IMG/VR virus record: IMGVR_UViG_2863283106_000001
Location: 48,519-112,518 of that record
From: a virus
Lineage: Duplodnaviria; Caudoviricetes
Reading direction: 5' to 3' (one strand)
Length of the DNA: 64,000 bases
A program made the translations under genes and the position numbers. The notes beneath the pieces are model-generated. The model did no database searches. It was not told the DNA's origin and saw only the letters and a program-made list of their open reading frames with translations. How positions within the stretch are numbered: the stretch's first letter is position 1; each line of letters opens with the position of its first letter. Of this stretch, positions 19,068-28,816 are shown piece by piece.

Positions 19068-19979
19068 ATGCGACGACGCGTCGTCACCACCCTGATCCCT
19101 CAGCCCGACCCCGAGCCGGCGTACCCCGAGTACGAAGACGTCCGACGCGAGGCCCGCCGCCGCAAAGGGCCGTTCGTCAACCTGGCCGACACCGACCGCT
19201 GGACGGAGGTTGCCCGCCGCCGGGGCGGCGACTGGTGCGCCGCGGTGCTGGGCAAGGGCTTCCCCGGCGCCTACGCCCTATCCACCGTGGACGGCTGGAT
19301 GCTGATCGTCGCTGACGAGCGCGGCCTGAACCCGCCGCTGCCGGCCCGCATCGTCGAGGACCGCAGGCACGCGCAGGAGGCGAAGGAGCTGCGCGAGAAG
19401 CAGGTCAGGGAGCGCCAGGAGCGGGAGATGCGCCGCTGGCAGGCGGCCCTGGCCGCGGCCGGCGTCGAGATGACCGTCCGGGAGAACACCCGGCACACCG
19501 GTGTGGGCGGATCGCTGCGGCACGCGGTACCGAAGGAGGAGCTGGTCTCTGGCCAGTCCCGCAAGCACCTCGCCGACCGCGGCCTGTGCGAGACGCCCGA
19601 CCGGGCGAACCCGCTGCACCTGGGCGAGCCGGTCAACGCCCCGGCCAACTGCCGCCGCTGCCTCGCCTACATGGAGAAGGTCCGCACCCTCGACGCCCCC
19701 GCCCCGCCCACCGCGGCAGAACGGAAGCTGCTGCAGGTCATCGCCTCCGGCGTCGTCTTCACCATGACGCACGCCCGTTGCGCCCCGACGATCCGCGTCA
19801 CCACCGAACCGAGCCGAGGGCGCGCCGGCGCGCTGGGCCGGAGCGTCGATGCCGCGGTGAAGAGGCTGCAGGCGAAGGGCTGGACGGCCAAGGACGCGGA
19901 GCGCAGCGCGACGCAAACGGGTCACTCCGGCCACCGTTGGCGGCTCACCGAAGCCGGTACCGCCGCACTGGAGGGCTGA
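19068..19979 (+). CDS. Hypothetical protein, possible C-terminal winged helix
   Basis: Leader hairpin 19026-19042 and RBS; C-terminal RWRLTEAG. Confidence 0.7.
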   Translation: MRRRVVTTLIPQPDPEPAYPEYEDVRREARRRKGPFVNLADTDRWTEVARRRGGDWCAAVLGKGFPGAYALSTVDGWMLIVADERGLNPPLPARIVEDRRHAQEAKELREKQVRERQEREMRRWQAALAAAGVEMTVRENTRHTGVGGSLRHAVPKEELVSGQSRKHLADRGLCETPDRANPLHLGEPVNAPANCRRCLAYMEKVRTLDAPAPPTAAERKLLQVIASGVVFTMTHARCAPTIRVTTEPSRGRAGALGRSVDAAVKRLQAKGWTAKDAERSATQTGHSGHRWRLTEAGTAALEG

Positions 19980-19983
19980 CCCT

Positions 19984-20613
19984 GTGGTCCGCATGACCGC
20001 CCAGCAGTACAAGGAGCTCATGGCGCGCCGCCGCGGTCCCCAGCCCGCGGCGGCCGCCGCCGTGGCGCAGCGGAGACCGGCCGCGCACCCGGGCCTTCCG
20101 TCCGTTCCGGAACCGCCCGCGCTCGAGCCGTTGCTCGCCGGCCTGTCCGGCGTCGGTCGCACCTGGTCACTGCTCATGCCGTACGCCGAGAAGATGCTGA
20201 CCAGCAACCAGCGGCTCCACTGGCGGCGAGAGCACGAGATCCGGAAACAGCTTCGCGCGGACGCCACCAGCCTGATCGCAGCGCACCGTCTGCCCCGCCT
20301 GCAGCGCGCGGCGATCTTCTACGTGCTGCACCCCCGGCCGCTCAAGCGGTCCCGGGACCCGGGGAACTGGTCGCCGACCGCGAAGGCGTACGTCGACGGA
20401 CTGGTCACCCCAACCCCCGAACGGCCGTCGGAGCGCCACCTGTTGCCAGATGACGACCACGAGCACCTCCTGGGCCCGAACCCCGTCATGGGTGCGCCCG
20501 TCACCACCGGGTACGCCCGCATGACCCTCGTCATCGTGGAACTCGTCGAGCCGGTGACCAGCGGAAACGCCGAAACCGTAACAGGAACCAGTGATCCGAC
20601 GTACAGAAGCTGA
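19984..20613 (+). CDS. RusA-like Holliday junction resolvase
   Basis: SNQRLHW...RDPGNW.PTAKAYVDGL...LPDDD. Confidence 0.65.
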   Translation: MVRMTAQQYKELMARRRGPQPAAAAAVAQRRPAAHPGLPSVPEPPALEPLLAGLSGVGRTWSLLMPYAEKMLTSNQRLHWRREHEIRKQLRADATSLIAAHRLPRLQRAAIFYVLHPRPLKRSRDPGNWSPTAKAYVDGLVTPTPERPSERHLLPDDDHEHLLGPNPVMGAPVTTGYARMTLVIVELVEPVTSGNAETVTGTSDPTYRS

Positions 20614-20654
20614 GGGCTGGCCCGCCCTCGCCACCACCAAGGAGATGCCCCTCC

Positions 20655-21281
20655 ATGAGCACCACTTCCACGCCACCGACTGTGAGCGGTGAGCCCATAC
20701 TCGACCTGGTCCGCGGCGCGTATGCACGCAGTGGCACGTTGCTCGACCGCGACGTCGTGGACCTCCACCTCCTCGAGGCCGCCGACAAGGCGGCGTGTTC
20801 CCTGCTGCGGGACCAGTGGACGGACGGTTTCCCCGTCGCCGCATACTCGGAACTCCTGTCGACGATCGCCGCACTGCGGAGCATCCTCGGTTACTCCCCG
20901 ACGCCGACAGCCCGCGACGCCAACACCTGGGCGCGCCGTGTGGGCCACGCGTCCAAGGAAGCGGCGGGCGACGACGCGGACTTCTACGAAGTGCAGATCA
21001 TCGATGGCCCACACAAGGGGATCATCCTGCCCCTGTGGGGGCCGAAGATGCCCCAGACGCCCGACGCGTTGGCCGGCCCGCCCCTCACGCTGGAGCTGCC
21101 GATAGAACGCGGGGACAGCACGGACATGGAGTACGGCAGCGCCTACTACCGCCGGTGCACGAAGCCCCGCCCGACCACCATGCAGTGGGACTACCAGATC
21201 GACCGCGAACGCCCGTTCCCCGCCGAGGGGTCCCGCCCGAGCATGCTCCCCGCCGCGGGCGGTCAGGAGGGCCGCGCGTGA
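20655..21281 (+). CDS. Hypothetical protein
   Basis: RBS AAGGAG; start of a coupled operon. Confidence 0.7.
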   Translation: MSTTSTPPTVSGEPILDLVRGAYARSGTLLDRDVVDLHLLEAADKAACSLLRDQWTDGFPVAAYSELLSTIAALRSILGYSPTPTARDANTWARRVGHASKEAAGDDADFYEVQIIDGPHKGIILPLWGPKMPQTPDALAGPPLTLELPIERGDSTDMEYGSAYYRRCTKPRPTTMQWDYQIDRERPFPAEGSRPSMLPAAGGQEGRA

Positions 21282-21520
21282 TGCCTCTCCTGTCCGCCGT
21301 CATCCCGTCCCCGGCCGCAGACGCCGCGCACGACGCTGCGCACGAGACCGCAGCCCGGTTCCAGCACGGCGCCTACTCGGTGCCCTGCCCGGAGTGCCAC
21401 GTCCCGGCCGGTGTGCTCTGCCTCGCCCGCCGCAACGTCCACGCCGCCCGCCGGAACGCCTACCGGCAGAACCCGAAGCCCACCGGCCTGGTGCCGCTCC
21501 TCGTGGGACGTGTCCGATGA
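21278..21520 (+). CDS. Small zinc-finger protein
   Basis: VPCPEC...C...HAAR; GTGA coupling. Confidence 0.65.
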   Translation: MMPLLSAVIPSPAADAAHDAAHETAARFQHGAYSVPCPECHVPAGVLCLARRNVHAARRNAYRQNPKPTGLVPLLVGRVR

Positions 21521-21774
21521 GCGCCACGGCGGCCGAAGCCGCGCATCACGCCGCGGTCTGGGCCGGGCGCGCCGAGAGCGCCCACAAGGCGGTGCAGACC
21601 CGTCGGGAGCAGGCCCACAAGATGGCTGACCAGCGCTACAGCGCTGCCGCCCGCGACTGGCACGAGCGTGCCGACGCGGCGAAGGAAGAACGCGGCACGG
21701 CGGTGACCATGGCGAACATGTGGGCCAGCGTCGCCGGCGTTCTCCACCTGGTCGAGGCTGGTGAGTCGTCGTGA
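21517..21774 (+). CDS. Hypothetical protein
   Basis: ATGA coupling. Confidence 0.6.
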   Translation: MSATAAEAAHHAAVWAGRAESAHKAVQTRREQAHKMADQRYSAAARDWHERADAAKEERGTAVTMANMWASVAGVLHLVEAGESS

Positions 21775-22403
21775 GCGCGCTCGCCGTCGAGACGACGGCC
21801 GCGCCCGAGTGGGCTGGCCGCCTGGTCGTGCGCGCCGCGGGTCACTCGCACCTGCACGTCGCCGTGGAGGGCGCCGTGGCCCCGCGGGTGCCGGTGTTCA
21901 CCGTGCCGCTGGAGTGCGCGCCGGACGCCGAGCAGGCGCCCGGGGTGCGGCCGTGGGACGGGCCGGTCACCGCGTCGGACATTTGCCCGGCCTGCCTGCG
22001 CGCCCTGCGCGGGGAGCCGGAGCCCGAGCGGCCGCGCCCCGTTCCCTCCGGCGTCGCCGAGGAGCTGCCGGAGCCGGACCGCCGCGGACGCCACCTGTGG
22101 GCCGTCCCGGAACCGGTGACGTACGCCCCGGCTCCCCTGCCCTCCGAGCACGCCGGCCGGCCGATCACCTGGTCGGCCTGGACGAAGTCGCCGGTCCTCT
22201 CCCACTACGACCCGTCGTGTGAGTGGTGCGGGGACCCGGGTCCCGGCGAGATGGCCGGCGGCCGCCAGACCAACCCCCTGCGCCGGTATGTCGCTTACAG
22301 GTGCACCGCCTGCCAGGAGATGACCGCGTACGAGCAGGTCGGGAGCGAGCTCCAGACCATCGTTCACCACAAGTCCCGCGCCCCGAAGGACTGCAACCGA
22401 TGA
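21771..22403 (+). CDS. Hypothetical Cys-rich protein
   Basis: CPAC, CEWC, CTAC motifs; coupled. Confidence 0.65.
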   Translation: MSALAVETTAAPEWAGRLVVRAAGHSHLHVAVEGAVAPRVPVFTVPLECAPDAEQAPGVRPWDGPVTASDICPACLRALRGEPEPERPRPVPSGVAEELPEPDRRGRHLWAVPEPVTYAPAPLPSEHAGRPITWSAWTKSPVLSHYDPSCEWCGDPGPGEMAGGRQTNPLRRYVAYRCTACQEMTAYEQVGSELQTIVHHKSRAPKDCNR

Positions 22404-22663
22404 CCACTGCCGTTGAAGCACCCGACACCGCCGACCTCGAGCAGCTCATCGCCCTGATCGCGTGCGGCCGCACCCGCCCCGGCAAGACGAAGGCCTGCGA
22501 CCGCTGCGCGAAGAGGGGTCGCGCCCTGTTGGAGTTCGCCGCGCTGGGCACCATCGACGCCCTCGCCGCAGCGATATGCCGCTCCGAGGTCCGCCGGTCC
22601 TGCGCCCCGTGCGTGGAGAAGGCCCTCGAGATCATCAGCGTCTACAACGAGGGGGCCCAGTGA
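22400..22663 (+). CDS. Small Cys-rich protein
   Basis: Two C...CxxC repeats; ATGA coupling. Confidence 0.6.
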   Translation: MTTAVEAPDTADLEQLIALIACGRTRPGKTKACDRCAKRGRALLEFAALGTIDALAAAICRSEVRRSCAPCVEKALEIISVYNEGAQ

Positions 22664-23124
22664 CCACCGCAATCGCTCCGATCGCTCCGCCGCGTGCAGC
22701 GGTCGCTTTCGACCTCGAGGGCGGCCTTGCCAACGTGACGCGCATCCACCGTCTGGCCGGCGACTCCTCCAGGTTCTACCGGGCGATCCTCAAGTGCCCC
22801 GCGAACCGGGACGTCGTGCGGGCCGCCAAGGAGGCGCACCAGAGCGGGAAGACCGTCATCATCATGACCGGCGGGGACCAGCGCAACGCGCCCCTCGTGG
22901 CCCAGTGGCTGGCCCGCCACAGGGTGCCCTCGACCCTGGTCCTGATGCGCGGCCGCGGCGACTACCGGCCCAGCGCCGTGGTGAAGCGGGAGCGGCTGCG
23001 GGCCGCGCACCGCCAGTTCCCCAACCTCACCGTGTGGAGCGCTGACCCGAGCGTGGCCCGCCTGTCCGAGCAGGAGGGCATCACCGTCACGGAGCTGCCC
23101 GGGTACTGGGGGGATGCCCTGTGA
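22660..23124 (+). CDS. HAD-fold polynucleotide-phosphatase-like protein with degenerate motif I
   Basis: AVAFDLEGGL, IIMTGG, WL, LMRGRGDYRP...VK resemble the PNKP phosphatase domain. Confidence 0.6.
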   Translation: MTTAIAPIAPPRAAVAFDLEGGLANVTRIHRLAGDSSRFYRAILKCPANRDVVRAAKEAHQSGKTVIIMTGGDQRNAPLVAQWLARHRVPSTLVLMRGRGDYRPSAVVKRERLRAAHRQFPNLTVWSADPSVARLSEQEGITVTELPGYWGDAL

Positions 23125-23294
23125 CCGGCGAAGTTGGCCACGCCTCCGTGTTCATCGCCCCCGTCGGGACTCCGCCCGACGCGGCCGGCGCCTGGACGCA
23201 CATCGGTTACACCGAGGGACCCGCATTCGAGGCCGCCGACGAGGCGGAAACTGCCGGGCCTCCCCCGGCACAGGCCATCGAGGGACCGCGGTGA
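23121..23294 (+). CDS. 57-aa protein resembling the N-terminus of phage major tail proteins
   Basis: Hand translation MTGEVGHASVFIAPVGTPPDAAGAWTHIGYTEGPAF...; coupled on both sides by GTGA. Confidence 0.55.
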   Translation: MTGEVGHASVFIAPVGTPPDAAGAWTHIGYTEGPAFEAADEAETAGPPPAQAIEGPR

Positions 23295-23668
23295 ACAAGC
23301 CCGGCAACCACGAGCTCGCCCCCGAGGAGTTGCCCACGCTCCTCGGGGGCGAGTTGCCTCCCGTCCTGCCTCTCGAAGGATGGCGACCGGTGACGCTGCA
23401 CTGCCAGGTCGACGCGATCGGCCCGTCCGACCGACACCCCGACCTGGTCAAGCTCGAGGTCTCGTTCCCGCCCGTGCAGGCCCCGCCCGTGCAGGCCCCG
23501 CCTGTCATGCGGGCGCCGCTCATCGGGCAGCCCATCCAGGAGATCCGGCTTGTCTGCGGAACGTGCGGTCTGGTGCCCGTGGAGGAGCATCCCCGCATCC
23601 TTGACGTCCTGCGGTGCGTGAACTGCAAGGAGCACCTGGGCGTCGGCCGGTTCGAGGGATCGACGTGA
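23291..23668 (+). CDS. Hypothetical protein with C-terminal Zn ribbon
   Basis: CGTC...CVNC. Confidence 0.6.
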   Translation: MNKPGNHELAPEELPTLLGGELPPVLPLEGWRPVTLHCQVDAIGPSDRHPDLVKLEVSFPPVQAPPVQAPPVMRAPLIGQPIQEIRLVCGTCGLVPVEEHPRILDVLRCVNCKEHLGVGRFEGST

Positions 23669-23946
23669 AAGGCATCTATCACCTGGCCGAGTCCTCCCGG
23701 CTCTACGGCGGCCTCGCGCAGTGGATGGAGGCTGAGCAGCGGCGCGCGGCTGAGGCGGCCCGGTGCTGGGCGTGGCGGTGCGTGCAGGCGCGGCAGATCG
23801 TCGCGCCGACGCCCATCCCCTCGCAGTTGGCTCGGGAGTGGTTCGGGGTGGAGCCGGCGGACCCGCCCCAGCCGCCCCCCGTTCCGGAGAGCGTGCGGCT
23901 GCTGCTGAGCGTCGCCGCCCCCCTACTCGATTCTCGGTGGGATTGA
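23665..23946 (+). CDS. Hypothetical protein
   Basis: GTGA coupling. Confidence 0.55.
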   Translation: MKGIYHLAESSRLYGGLAQWMEAEQRRAAEAARCWAWRCVQARQIVAPTPIPSQLAREWFGVEPADPPQPPPVPESVRLLLSVAAPLLDSRWD

Positions 23947-24025
23947 TGAATTTCGGCGAAATCTTCCAATCTCGTCGAAAGATCGTGCACAATGAGGGCT
24001 GTTGCTGATCTAGAGGGGGGAACCG

Positions 24026-24280
24026 GTGGCCGACACCGAATCGCCGCGCGTCCTACGGCTCACGTTCGAGTTCCATGTGCCGGTCGGGCTGCCCACCAAC
24101 ATTCATGGCTCGCGTGTGACCAAGGCCGCAGAGGCGTTCACCAGCGCGGTGCAGGCCCTCGCCAGCCAGGTCTTCCCCTGGGCGGACCGCATCGAGGTCC
24201 GACGCGAGTGGTGCTACGCCTGGCAGGACAAGTCCGAAACGGTCCACTTGCCAGCCACGGACAAGAACACCCCGAAGTAG
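24026..24280 (+). CDS. Hypothetical protein
   Basis: RBS GAGGGGG. Confidence 0.6.
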   Translation: MADTESPRVLRLTFEFHVPVGLPTNIHGSRVTKAAEAFTSAVQALASQVFPWADRIEVRREWCYAWQDKSETVHLPATDKNTPK

Positions 24281-24381
24281 CCACAGAACTCAGCACCACA
24301 GCGCGATAACCGAACACTGGCGTCATGGCCAACCCCCGGCGGAGAGCAACCGTCGGAACCACGAAGTGAAGGAACACCCCG

Positions 24382-24438
24382 ATGCCCTCGCGTACCGCAG
24401 CCCTTGTCCGTCCGTCCGCGTCTCTTCTGTCGAGGTGA
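24382..24438 (+). CDS. 18-aa leader ORF (MPSRTAALVRPSASLLSR) upstream of traB
   Basis: Follows leader hairpin 24336-24356 and RBS GAAGGA; its stop overlaps the traB RBS GAGGTG. Confidence 0.4.
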   Translation: MPSRTAALVRPSASLLSR

Positions 24439-24444
24439 CGTGAC

Positions 24445-26484
24445 GTGTCCACACCTCGAGTTACGCCGGATCACGTCACCTCGGCTACGGAAGCCGCTTA
24501 CGAGGCCTTCACCGTTACCAGGCCCTCCCGCAGCTCCCGCATGCTGCGCATCGCGTGCACCGTCGTGCAGCGCCGCGCCCCCTACTTCGCCCCTCCCGTC
24601 GTCGCCGGAACGTGGGGGAGCTGGATCTACGCCTCCGCGTGGATTGGTGACCCGGGGCTGGAATGGCCGATCGCCTACGGCACGGCGGGCGCTGTGCTGG
24701 GCGCGGCCACGGTCGGGGCCACTGTCCTGGGTATCCGGCACCCGATCGCGCTGCCCGCCCTGTACGGCGGCGCCGTGGCGTCGGGCACGCTGCTGTGGTC
24801 GGCGTGGCAGACCGCGTTCCCGTCTGCACCTGGCGCGGCCGTCGGCCTGGTGGGTGCCATCGCGGCCGGTGTCCCGTACTGGCTATGGCTGGCCAAGCAC
24901 CGCCTGAACCGCGCCAAGATCGACAGCAAGACCGTGAAGCAGGCTGCGGCCGTGCCTGTCGAAGTGGTCCTGGCGCCCGACGACGTCGCCGGCGCGCTGG
25001 CCGCCACGGGGACGCCCGGCGCGACCCTCGAGCAGATGCTCCGCCACCCTGATGGCGCGTGGACCGCCATCCTCTCTCTGCCGGTCGGTGTCTCCCCCCG
25101 GGACATCGCCGGCAGTGCGCAGCGTGTCGCGCGTCTGCAGGCCGCTTTGCGTCTGGCGCCCGGCTGGACGCTCGAGGTCGGGGACGGCGGTGCCTCGCAC
25201 CACCTGATCGTCACCGCCCGGCCGCCCGCCCCGCAGAACACGGTCACCATTCCCTCCCGGCACCCCATCCTCGACGAGCTGGAGGAGTGGGACCCCTGGC
25301 AGCCGGTCCTCGTTGCGATCGACCTGGACACCGGCGAGGGCGTCCACCTGCACCTGCTGGCCCGCGCCGGCATCCTCATCGCCGGTCTGCAGCGCATGGG
25401 TAAGTCCGTGCTGCTGTCGGTGGTCGTGGCGCACCTGGCGCTCGCCGGGGCGCGGCTGATCCTCGCGGACGCCAAGCTGGTTGAGCTGTCCCTGTGGGCG
25501 CCGCTGTGCCAGCACGAAGACGACTTCATCGGCCGCGACCCCGCCGCGTTCCTGGCGAAGCTGCTGGAGCTGCAGCGGGAAATCGACGTCCGCTACGCCC
25601 GCCTGGTGCGGGAGGGCCGCACGAAGGCGGAGCCGGGCGACGGGTGGACCACGATCGCGCTCATCGTCGACGAGCTGGCGGCGTTCATCGACATCCCGGA
25701 CCGCAAGCTCCGTGGGCAGATCGTGTCCGTGCTGCGGGACATCCTCTCCCGTGGCCCGGCCTGCCTCGTCCCAGTCGTCCTTGCCACGCAGAAGCCGGAG
25801 GACAAGGTCGTCCCCTCTCAGATCCGCGACGTCTGCGGGCAGAAGGTCGCGCTGGCGACGACCACGCCGGAGATGACGGACACCATCCTCGGGCGTGGTT
25901 GGGCCGCCAAGGGCGCGGCCGCGCACCTGATCGGCGAGTCGGAGAAGGGCAAGGCGTACCTCCTCGAGGACGGCTCCCGGCCGCGGAAGGTGCAGACGTT
26001 CCCGTTCGAGCCGCCGGAGCGCCACGAGGTCATCACCGTTGTCCGTGAGCTGTGGCCCGACCGCCCCGGTGCCCGGGTGCCGCTGCCCGGCGCCGAGGAC
26101 CAGGATCCGGACCCTGTGCCGCCGACTCCCCCGCCGGGCGGCGGTGGCGGTGGTGGTCCGCGTGGCGGCCGGCCGCACCTGCGGCCGGTGCTGACGTACC
26201 CGGACGGTTCCCGCATCGAGGAGAACCGAAAGCCGTTGTGGGAGGCGCTGCAGCAGGCCGGCCCGGAAGGGCTGACCAAGCCGGAGGCGGTCAAGCGCGG
26301 CATCTGTAACCACCACACGACCATCAACCCGTGGCTGGCCCAGTGGGTCCGCGCGGGCTGGGTCGAGGAGTCCGGTAAGCGCGACCGGGCTGTCGTCTAC
26401 GTCCTCACCGCAGCTCAGCACACCCCCACCCCCGAAGCGTCCGCCACCAGCGAGGAGAGCACCGCATGCCGCACGAGCCTGTGA
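24445..26484 (+). CDS. traB: FtsK/SpoIIIE-family conjugative DNA translocase (Streptomyces TraB-like)
   Basis: N-terminal TM helices, Walker A AGLQRMGKS, Walker B LIVDELA, LATQKP, C-terminal winged-helix-like region. Confidence 0.85.
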   Translation: MSTPRVTPDHVTSATEAAYEAFTVTRPSRSSRMLRIACTVVQRRAPYFAPPVVAGTWGSWIYASAWIGDPGLEWPIAYGTAGAVLGAATVGATVLGIRHPIALPALYGGAVASGTLLWSAWQTAFPSAPGAAVGLVGAIAAGVPYWLWLAKHRLNRAKIDSKTVKQAAAVPVEVVLAPDDVAGALAATGTPGATLEQMLRHPDGAWTAILSLPVGVSPRDIAGSAQRVARLQAALRLAPGWTLEVGDGGASHHLIVTARPPAPQNTVTIPSRHPILDELEEWDPWQPVLVAIDLDTGEGVHLHLLARAGILIAGLQRMGKSVLLSVVVAHLALAGARLILADAKLVELSLWAPLCQHEDDFIGRDPAAFLAKLLELQREIDVRYARLVREGRTKAEPGDGWTTIALIVDELAAFIDIPDRKLRGQIVSVLRDILSRGPACLVPVVLATQKPEDKVVPSQIRDVCGQKVALATTTPEMTDTILGRGWAAKGAAAHLIGESEKGKAYLLEDGSRPRKVQTFPFEPPERHEVITVVRELWPDRPGARVPLPGAEDQDPDPVPPTPPPGGGGGGGPRGGRPHLRPVLTYPDGSRIEENRKPLWEALQQAGPEGLTKPEAVKRGICNHHTTINPWLAQWVRAGWVEESGKRDRAVVYVLTAAQHTPTPEASATSEESTACRTSL

Positions 26485-26795
26485 TCCCGTCGAACGTCTA
26501 CCCGGGCAACATGGCGCCGCACATGCCCATCGAGCAGTACCGGGCGGCGCACGGCTGCACCTGCGGGCACGCGCACGGCCACGGCCAGGTGCCCGCGCAG
26601 CAGATCATCATCAAGCAGTCCGACCCGTGGGTGAAGTACCTGGCCATGGGCTTCGCCGGGGCCGGTATCGGCCTCATGGTGTTCGCCAGTGTCGTGGCGA
26701 TGCTCATCGCGGCCGGGGTGTGCGCGCTGTGCGTCGCGGTGGCCTCCTGGGCGCTGCGCGGTCTCCTCAACGGTGGCAGGGGCGCCAAGAAGTAA
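26466..26795 (+). CDS. SpdD-like plasmid spread membrane protein
   Basis: C-terminal long hydrophobic hairpin ending ALRGLL; directly after traB. Confidence 0.6.
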   Translation: MPHEPVIPSNVYPGNMAPHMPIEQYRAAHGCTCGHAHGHGQVPAQQIIIKQSDPWVKYLAMGFAGAGIGLMVFASVVAMLIAAGVCALCVAVASWALRGLLNGGRGAKK

Positions 26796-26886
26796 GAGCG
26801 CGCGACAGTTTCGGGGGAGGGCCCTGGCCGGCTGGTCGGGGCCTTTGCCGTGTCCGTGTCGGCGGTTCGTGCGATGATCCCCCGCC

Positions 26887-27348
26887 ATGGGGAGACATCG
26901 CATGTGGGGGAAGGCGGCCGGCGCTCTGGTCCTGGCCGCGGTCGTGAGCGGCTGCAGCGACTCAAGCGACTCAGCCGACAAGGGCGCCACGAAGCCGGCC
27001 GCGAAGGCGGTGACCGTGGGGGAGGCGACCGCCACGTTCCAGGCCGCGGTGACGAAGTTCGACACTGACGGCGGGTGCCTCGAGCAGGAGCCGGGCACGT
27101 GCTGGGAGCAGATGCAGGCGCTCATGAAACCCGCGCGTGACCTGCGGAAGGCGGCGAACGCCGACAAGAGCACCGGCCCGGAGTTCTGGTCAGAGGCATA
27201 CGCGCTGATCGACACGATGGAGGACGGCATCGCAGTGGGCGAAGACAAGGGTTTCCCGGCCGGCGGTGACGCCCTGACGAACCGGGACGAGGTCCTCGGA
27301 TCCGCTCATGACCTGTCGGACTGGTTGGCCGCGCACCCCGTCCAGTAG
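26887..27348 (+). CDS. Lipoprotein
   Basis: Signal peptide with lipobox VVSGC. Confidence 0.8.
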   Translation: MGRHRMWGKAAGALVLAAVVSGCSDSSDSADKGATKPAAKAVTVGEATATFQAAVTKFDTDGGCLEQEPGTCWEQMQALMKPARDLRKAANADKSTGPEFWSEAYALIDTMEDGIAVGEDKGFPAGGDALTNRDEVLGSAHDLSDWLAAHPVQ

Positions 27349-27529
27349 TGGAGGCCCTGAACGGTTGAAGGCCGCGTCAGCCCGGAGGGGGGGCGTCCGG
27401 CTGACGCGGCCTTGCCACGCCGCGGCGGGGGGAGACCGCTGGAGTGGCAACTGTTGTGCGTGTGCCCGCGATGTTGAGGGTTACACCATCCGAAGATCAG
27501 GAAAGTTCGCGCCAGCGCGGCCGGGGCCG

Positions 27530-27754
27530 TCAGTGGGCGTAGTCGTGCTGGACCTGCTCGGCGCGGCCGCGCGCGGCGATGGTCTCGGCAGCCTGCTCGA
27601 GGGCGACGCGGAACGGGTCGTGCGCGGCCTCGAGGACCGCGGTTCGCATGAACTCCTCCACGGTCTGCCCGACGGCGGCCGCGGCGTGCTGCACCCGTTC
27701 CCGCTCGGAGGCCGTCAGAGCGACCGTGAGGGCCTGGGCGCGCGCGGTATCCAT
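27530..27754 (-). CDS. DUF1778-like ribbon-helix-helix protein
   Basis: LTASERERVQHAAAAVGQTVEEFMRTAVLEAA; leaderless after TACCGT. Confidence 0.7.
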   Translation of the reverse strand: MDTARAQALTVALTASERERVQHAAAAVGQTVEEFMRTAVLEAAHDPFRVALEQAAETIAARGRAEQVQHDYAH

Positions 27755-27802
27755 GCGGGGACGGTATCAGCGTCCTGGGGCCGTCAGAGGCCGCCGTGGG
27801 GC

Positions 27803-28816
27803 CTATGCGGTACTCTCCCCGGCCTGTTGCCGCGCGAGGAGGGTGCGGCGCATCGTCTCCCACCTGGTCGGCACCAGGTCCTCCTCCGGCACGCCGGCGG
27901 CGTCCTGCTTGATCTGCACGGCGTCGGCGAGCTTCTTGTACCACTTGCTGATGCCGCGGCGGCGGATCGGGACGCCGGCGTCGGGGTTGGGCGGGGTGGA
28001 CAGCCACAGGTGCCGGGGGACTCCGCCCTGCAGGCGGTCGATCAGCCGGGTACGGCGGTCGAGCCAGTCCTCGAGGCGGCGGCCGGTGTCCGGGCTCAGG
28101 GGGATCGTCTCGGGCTCGGGCATCTTCCCGCGTAGGCCGCCCTGCGGCTGGCGCAGCAGGGTGAGGGTGCGGGTGTCGGCGGTGAGGACCAGGTCGTCGA
28201 CGCGCATGGACTCCAGCTCGCCCAGGCGCGGCAGGACGTCGCGCATCACTGCCCACATGGCCAGGCCGCGCACGATGATGTCGGGCCGGTCGGTCTCGGG
28301 CCACTGGGCGGCCTCGTCCTCCAGGTGCTGGGTGATGAGGTCGGCCATCAGGGGGGAGACGGTGGGCCGTAGTCCCCACGGCGGTAGGTCGGGCATCTCG
28401 AACGGGATCTGCGCCTGGCGGGCGAGGGCCTCGAGGCAGAAGATCCGGATCCGCTCGGTGGTGTCGTAGCTGGTGGGGTCGGTGGACACCGTGGGCGCGG
28501 TGCGCAGGTATCCGCCGCGGCCGTAGAGCAGGTATGCGTGGACGGCGTCCGGGGCGAGGAGCTCGGCGAGGGAGTCGCCGGCTGTCTCGGTCAGGCCCAA
28601 GGGGAGCGCCAGGGCGAGCTCGCTGGCGACCCACTCGAGTTGCTGCAGGCGGGCGTCCGAGACGACGTCCTTGGCGGTGCCGTTGACCGTGCGGAACACG
28701 TCCAGGACCCGCTCGAGCTCCCGCAGGGCGGGCGGGGTCGAGGGGACAGCGGTCAGCGCGGCCGCCGGTGCGCGGCCGCGGCTGTCGTCGTCGAGGGGGC
28801 GGGCGGGCGAACTCAT
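27803..28816 (-). CDS. Tyrosine-recombinase-like protein lacking the C-terminal catalytic Tyr segment
   Basis: RGLAMWAVMRDVLPRLGELESMRVDDL box I; ends shortly after ETMRRT. Confidence 0.6.
   Translation of the reverse strand: MSSPARPLDDDSRGRAPAAALTAVPSTPPALRELERVLDVFRTVNGTAKDVVSDARLQQLEWVASELALALPLGLTETAGDSLAELLAPDAVHAYLLYGRGGYLRTAPTVSTDPTSYDTTERIRIFCLEALARQAQIPFEMPDLPPWGLRPTVSPLMADLITQHLEDEAAQWPETDRPDIIVRGLAMWAVMRDVLPRLGELESMRVDDLVLTADTRTLTLLRQPQGGLRGKMPEPETIPLSPDTGRRLEDWLDRRTRLIDRLQGGVPRHLWLSTPPNPDAGVPIRRRGISKWYKKLADAVQIKQDAAGVPEEDLVPTRWETMRRTLLARQQAGESTA

Noticed and set aside
27530-27754. DUF1778-GNAT toxin-antitoxin pair
   Set aside because: No GNAT toxin gene is adjacent.
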